64,000 nt of DNA. Source: Podospora anserina. Taxonomy: Eukaryota. The stretch spans positions 744,001 through 808,000 of the forward strand of contig JAFMPO010000001.1 in assembly GCA_017654855.1 (NCBI GenBank), written 5' to 3'. The position numbers and the translations under genes were made by a program. This document shows positions 59,695-64,000 of this stretch, one piece after another. The notes below the pieces were generated by a model. That model did not search any database, was not told where the DNA came from, and worked only from the letters and a program-made list of their open reading frames with translations. Numbering within the stretch: position 1 is the first letter of the stretch; each line of letters opens with the position of its first letter.

Positions 59695-60515
59695 TTAAAG
59701 AATGATGGTAGGCTGGGGGAGGTTGGCAGAGGCAGCAGCGCAGCGGCAGGCTATAATCCCATGTCAGTTAAGATTTTTAGATAGTAACAGGGGCCAGGAC
59801 ATGTTCGAGACTTACCGTTGAGGCCAGCAGGGTAAACAGCATTGTACTCCTGTTGGGTGCAGCGCTCAAGAACACACTCGCCCATGGCCATAGCAATAGG
59901 TTGGAAGTTGACACCGCACTGGCACTCCATATCTCTGATGCCGGTGCAGCCCCACGCCGGGGTGAGGGTGTTGAAGCACTCGTGAGCACACTCGGGAATC
60001 TCGCGGACGGCGATCTCATCACAGTTCTCGGCAGGACCGAAGTGATATTCGTACGCGGGCGCGGCGCGGACTGTGGTGGTGGTGACGTTGACGCTGAGGC
60101 AGCCGCAGGCGGAGGCGTAGTCATCATCACGACGGCACTCGTCAGCGTAGGCAGGGACAGGCTTGGGGGCGGCGGTGACAACGGGAGCCGGGGCAGGGGT
60201 AGTTGCGATCTGGCCGGAGGTAGTATAGATGGTCTCAGTCCAGGTGCGCTGAGCGCCAGTGACGGTGACCTTCAGGTACTCAGCGCAGTCGGCGCTGCGG
60301 GTCTCAAGGGCGACGGGCTTGCGACCAAGACCGAGGATCTCGCGGTTACAGCTGTCCATCGGGTTGCAGACTTTGGGTGTAGGCTTGGGAGGGTGAGGTC
60401 TCCCATGGCCTTTGCCGGGAGGGCCTCCCCGACCACCTCCGGAGCCTCCGTGTCCCTTTCCAACGGCACCGGCTAGGCCAAGGGTGGCAAAAGCGAGAAT
60501 TACGACGGCCTTCAT
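59695..60515 (-). CDS. Secreted CFEM-domain protein (~251 aa); intron 59815-59751
   Basis: Signal peptide MKAVVILAFATLGLAGA. The C-terminal CFEM pattern is IPECAHECF..GC...DMECQC..GECVLERC..AC, and TATATAAG lies upstream near 60636. Confidence 0.85.
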
Positions 60516-62041
60516 CGTGAGGATATGGAAGCTGGCTAAGCTGGAGGAGAAGCTGTAGTCTGAAAAGAGATGGAGGAGGGAAGCGGTGGTGAGGAGAATG
60601 ATCACAAACCCCAGGATAGCGAGTTGGGATGCTGCTTATATATCCCTACGGTCGTATCTTCTCATTATCCACCACAACCCGAGCCGTCTCCGAAGGCGCA
60701 TTCGCATGGAGGCAGATGCCAGGCCCAAAACTCCGAAGCTGACGGTTCAGTAGAACCATGTCACTGTCCCCATTACCTCTCCACCATGGGCGGGGAACTA
60801 CCCAGACGCTCGACTTCGCAATGTGCGTTCCTGACAGAGCCAGTCCTTGGCATCAAAGCCTAGAAGTCTGTTTATTGATGGTATTTGATCGCCGCCGCCT
60901 GAGTGAAGTCAGTCAGAGAGCTCGTGTGCTAGATGTGACGTTCACTCACCAATAAAACATGGAATAACGTCCAACGCGAGGCCACAATTCGAAAACAAGA
61001 CTCGCGCGGGCAAAAGCTCGATGTCAACGACGTGACATCGCGAGATCTGTTCAGACCATCTGATGTGCGATTTTGGCAACAAGCTCCCTCCGATGGAGAG
61101 ACAACAATGCATGAGATCCACATCAAATCCACAATCGTCCCGCTAGCTTGGCCTTGGACCCGCTTTTGATCGCTCGACCCAATGGATGAATGAGCTTCGA
61201 TCTGATAAAAAAAAGCTCAACATCTTATCAATCAATCAGTTATCCACAATGGTCTGGGCTCTCGACGCCCTGGTGGACTTGTTCGGGCTTTTCCGCAAGT
61301 AATTCTCACCGCTTGCCTCTTAGTCAGCGGTGCCGGACTTTTGTTATGCGGGTTTTCCGGCTCTTGCTTCCAGGAATAACGGTATAACCACACTCGTGGA
61401 GAAACGACAATCGGTCTTGCTCTCCGCAGGTCAGCTAGCTCCCAAGCATTAGGCCCCGGTGCCTGCCTTTCGGATCTGATAATGCATGCCGAGCTGCTAC
61501 AATGACAGGGTTTTCAGTCAGCGTGACTATTTCTTCAGAGCGTGACGCTCTTGTTGGGCCCGCCGAACTTCGGCCTCTCGGTCCTTAGAGCGGGACGGGC
61601 AGATGGGTGCTGAAAATGTCTAATACCTAAACTCAGAACTGACATTCAGTAAACAGAAGAGCAGACAAGAAAACATGACATGGAACGGCGAGATCGAAGA
61701 CAATAGTGCTATTGTAGGTATCAAGACTTGCTACGGATCGACAAAATTACTGCGTTCTGAACCTCGGCAAGCGATGCTCTTCCAGTGACATGGAGGTGTC
61801 ATTTCATGACCAGATCAAATAGCTCGAATGCAAAGTAGTACTCTTCTGGTCCGGATCAGTACCTACATACTCCTTCGAATCCCAGAAATATCTTTCAAGG
61901 TGAAAATAATGCATGTTTATCTTTGAAAGGGTGCTAATATCCTGCATGACAGCCTTACTTGTCCCAATACACACCCTTCTATTCCCGAGCTGTACGTTTT
62001 TACTCCCCCAAGAGACGTTTCAATGCCCAAATAGGACCCTG

Positions 62042-62126
62042 CCACTATCTTTCAAGCCTTCTACGCTATGTAATAAGGCCTTCACATTATCTAACAAGGC
62101 CCTATATACTATCCAGGAAGGCCTTG
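62042..62126. repeat. Imperfect ~21-bp tandem repeat (about four units, core CTAT...AAGGCCTT) in TpA-rich sequence
   Basis: Units read ccactatctttcaagccttct / acgctatgtaataaggccttc / acattatctaacaaggcccta / tatactatccaggaaggcctt. Confidence 0.55.
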
Positions 62127-62308
62127 TGTATCTTTAAGAACGCCTCTTACTATATCTTGTACGCGTCTAAACTATCATACTAGGCATAGTTGATCTCTAT
62201 TATAGGCATACAAATCGTAAAGTAACACATAACACAGAATTTTCATTGTCGCTAAACAGACAAAATCCATTATCATTACTACCCCTTGACCGCAAAAACA
62301 GACCAAAA

Positions 62309-64000
62309 CTAGTCCTCCAAAAGACCGGCAGCCAGGGCTTCCAAGTCCTGCAAGTTATCCGGCTCGTAGCCCATTTCGATGACCTTTTTACCACTGGAGG
62401 CCTTCTTTTTCCGTTCGGGCTGGTCTTCCACGTCAGAGTCGTTCTGGAACCACTTCTTTGTCTTCTTCTTCGGTGGCTCATCCTCCTCAGACTGCTCACC
62501 ACCGCCACCGGCAATAGGAAGACTCCTGAGCAAAGCCAACGGGTCCTCATCCATCTCATCCCCGCTATCAAGCTGAGTAATCGGACCTCTCTCCCTCTCC
62601 ACCTCCTCACCTCTCTCTCTAGCTTTGGCCCGATCCCTCTTCTCCTTTCTCCTCTTCCTAGCCAACTCCTTGTCTTCCACATCCGCCTCCTTGACCCTCT
62701 CCCCTTCGGCCTCGACGAACTTTTGCCTGAGCTCCTTCGCATCTCCCTCCTTTTGGAAGTCTTCCAGACCCTGCAAGACATACAATGGCTGGGCATTGCC
62801 CTCCTCGTCGAAAATGAGCTTCTGCCCCTTGCCCATCATCTTGGCCACCTTGGCCTTGGACATGAGCTTCTTCTCCGCCCGCTTCGAGTCGATAACGATC
62901 TCCTGATCACCAATCTTGACCACCTTTGCGCCCGCAATCTCCTTCCCGTTGATTCCTTCAGCAGTTTCATCCAGCTCCTTATCGCCCAACACTCTCTTGA
63001 CCGACAAGAACCCATCGTCCTCGTCGTCGTCCTCCGCACCCTCGTCAACCAGCTTCCGGTAATGACTAGACAGCACATCCTGGTTCTGCCTCTCCGCCAT
63101 CTTCTGGTACTTGGTCTTGACCTCCTTCTTCTTCGGCTTGCCCTCGGCGTCATAGTCGCTGCTGTCGTCGTCCGACCCAACATCAAACGCCATCCTGCTG
63201 GCCTGCTTATTCGCCCGTCTCATCTCCTCCGCCCCCTTTTGGAATTTCACCTGTGGCGTACCCGGCAATCCCAGACTGGCCGCATACCCATCCAGATCCA
63301 TCTTGCTGAATTTGAACACATCCTTATCCTTTTGCACGTAAATCGATCTCACATATGTGATAAACGCCTTTTGTCCGAGGTACTTCAAGTCCGCCGACTG
63401 GAAGCACTGAGATTGCAGCTCTCCCTTGATGCTCGTCTTCTTTCCCTCCCGAACATTGACCTTTGTGATCGGAATCTTTTTTTGTTCGAGCCTGGACAGA
63501 AACCCCTTCTCTTCACTCGGATCCAAGAACAGCACCGCCCGACCCTTGCTCTCGTATCTGGCTGTTCTACCCACCCTGTGAATGTACGTGTCCGCATCCT
63601 CAGGGCAGTCTACCTGCACGACCCAGTCCACAGCGGGAAAATCAACTCCTCTCGCGACAACATCCGTGGCGAACAAACAAGCGTACTTGGAAGAGGTGAA
63701 TTTTCGGGTAATCTCCATTCTCCCAACCTGCTTTTGCCGGCCGTGCAAATGCAGCAGCGAGATACCAGGCTGCATGCGCTTGAAGCTCTCATACACAAAC
63801 CGTACTTGTTTCCCCGACGAGAAAAAGACAATCATTTTGCTCTTCAGATTCGTTCGGATAAAGCCCCAGAGCGTGTCCAACTTCTCGGGAAGGGGTGTGA
63901 CAATATAGCTCTGCTGCAGATTGGTCGGGGTGGCTGTCGGTGCTTCCTCGTGTGCCGAGACATACTCTGGGTCCTTGAGACTCAATCTCGCAAGGTCGGA
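62309..64000 (-). CDS. DBP4: ATP-dependent DEAD-box RNA helicase Dbp4 (5'-truncated by the window edge)
   Basis: [14 protein letters not shown], motif [12 protein letters not shown], motif [13 protein letters not shown], motif [13 protein letters not shown], then [33 protein letters not shown] and [10 protein letters not shown]. Confidence 0.95.
   Translation of the reverse strand, partial: SDLARLSLKDPEYVSAHEEAPTATPTNLQQSYIVTPLPEKLDTLWGFIRTNLKSKMIVFFSSGKQVRFVYESFKRMQPGISLLHLHGRQKQVGRMEITRKFTSSKYACLFATDVVARGVDFPAVDWVVQVDCPEDADTYIHRVGRTARYESKGRAVLFLDPSEEKGFLSRLEQKKIPITKVNVREGKKTSIKGELQSQCFQSADLKYLGQKAFITYVRSIYVQKDKDVFKFSKMDLDGYAASLGLPGTPQVKFQKGAEEMRRANKQASRMAFDVGSDDDSSDYDAEGKPKKKEVKTKYQKMAERQNQDVLSSHYRKLVDEGAEDDDEDDGFLSVKRVLGDKELDETAEGINGKEIAGAKVVKIGDQEIVIDSKRAEKKLMSKAKVAKMMGKGQKLIFDEEGNAQPLYVLQGLEDFQKEGDAKELRQKFVEAEGERVKEADVEDKELARKRRKEKRDRAKARERGEEVERERGPITQLDSGDEMDEDPLALLRSLPIAGGGGEQSEEDEPPKKKTKKWFQNDSDVEDQPERKKKASSGKKVIEMGYEPDNLQDLEALAAGLLED

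Overview
This is eukaryotic, filamentous-ascomycete genomic DNA. It has short GT-AG introns with CTRAC/CTAAC branch points; gene content and codon style suggest Sordariales, probably Podospora-like (inference). The left ~44 kb is a conserved housekeeping block: SPO7-like, a dual-specificity phosphatase, MET2, THO2, a conserved unknown protein behind an ~8 kb gene-free stretch, the divergent fatty-acid synthase pair FAS1/FAS2, and guanine deaminase. From ~44.4 to 62.2 kb there is an accessory-looking interval. It holds a 6-Cys small secreted protein missed by the ORF track, a MARVEL-like membrane protein, a secreted L-asparaginase-like protein with altered active-site motifs, an orphan ORF, tRNA-Ser(AGA), two multiply disabled pseudogenes (2OG-Fe(II) oxygenase-like and DUF3176-like), a two-domain CFEM secreted protein and AT/TpA-rich relics. 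The window ends inside DBP4. I found no intact transposon, CRISPR array or rRNA, and no multi-gene novel system is demonstrated. The best leads are the asparaginase-fold protein (HGTD>HGTN, TGGT>ARGT) and a 184-bp, ~70% GC hairpin-rich element bounded by 11-bp direct repeats upstream of guanine deaminase. All family assignments and splice models were made by eye, without database searches.
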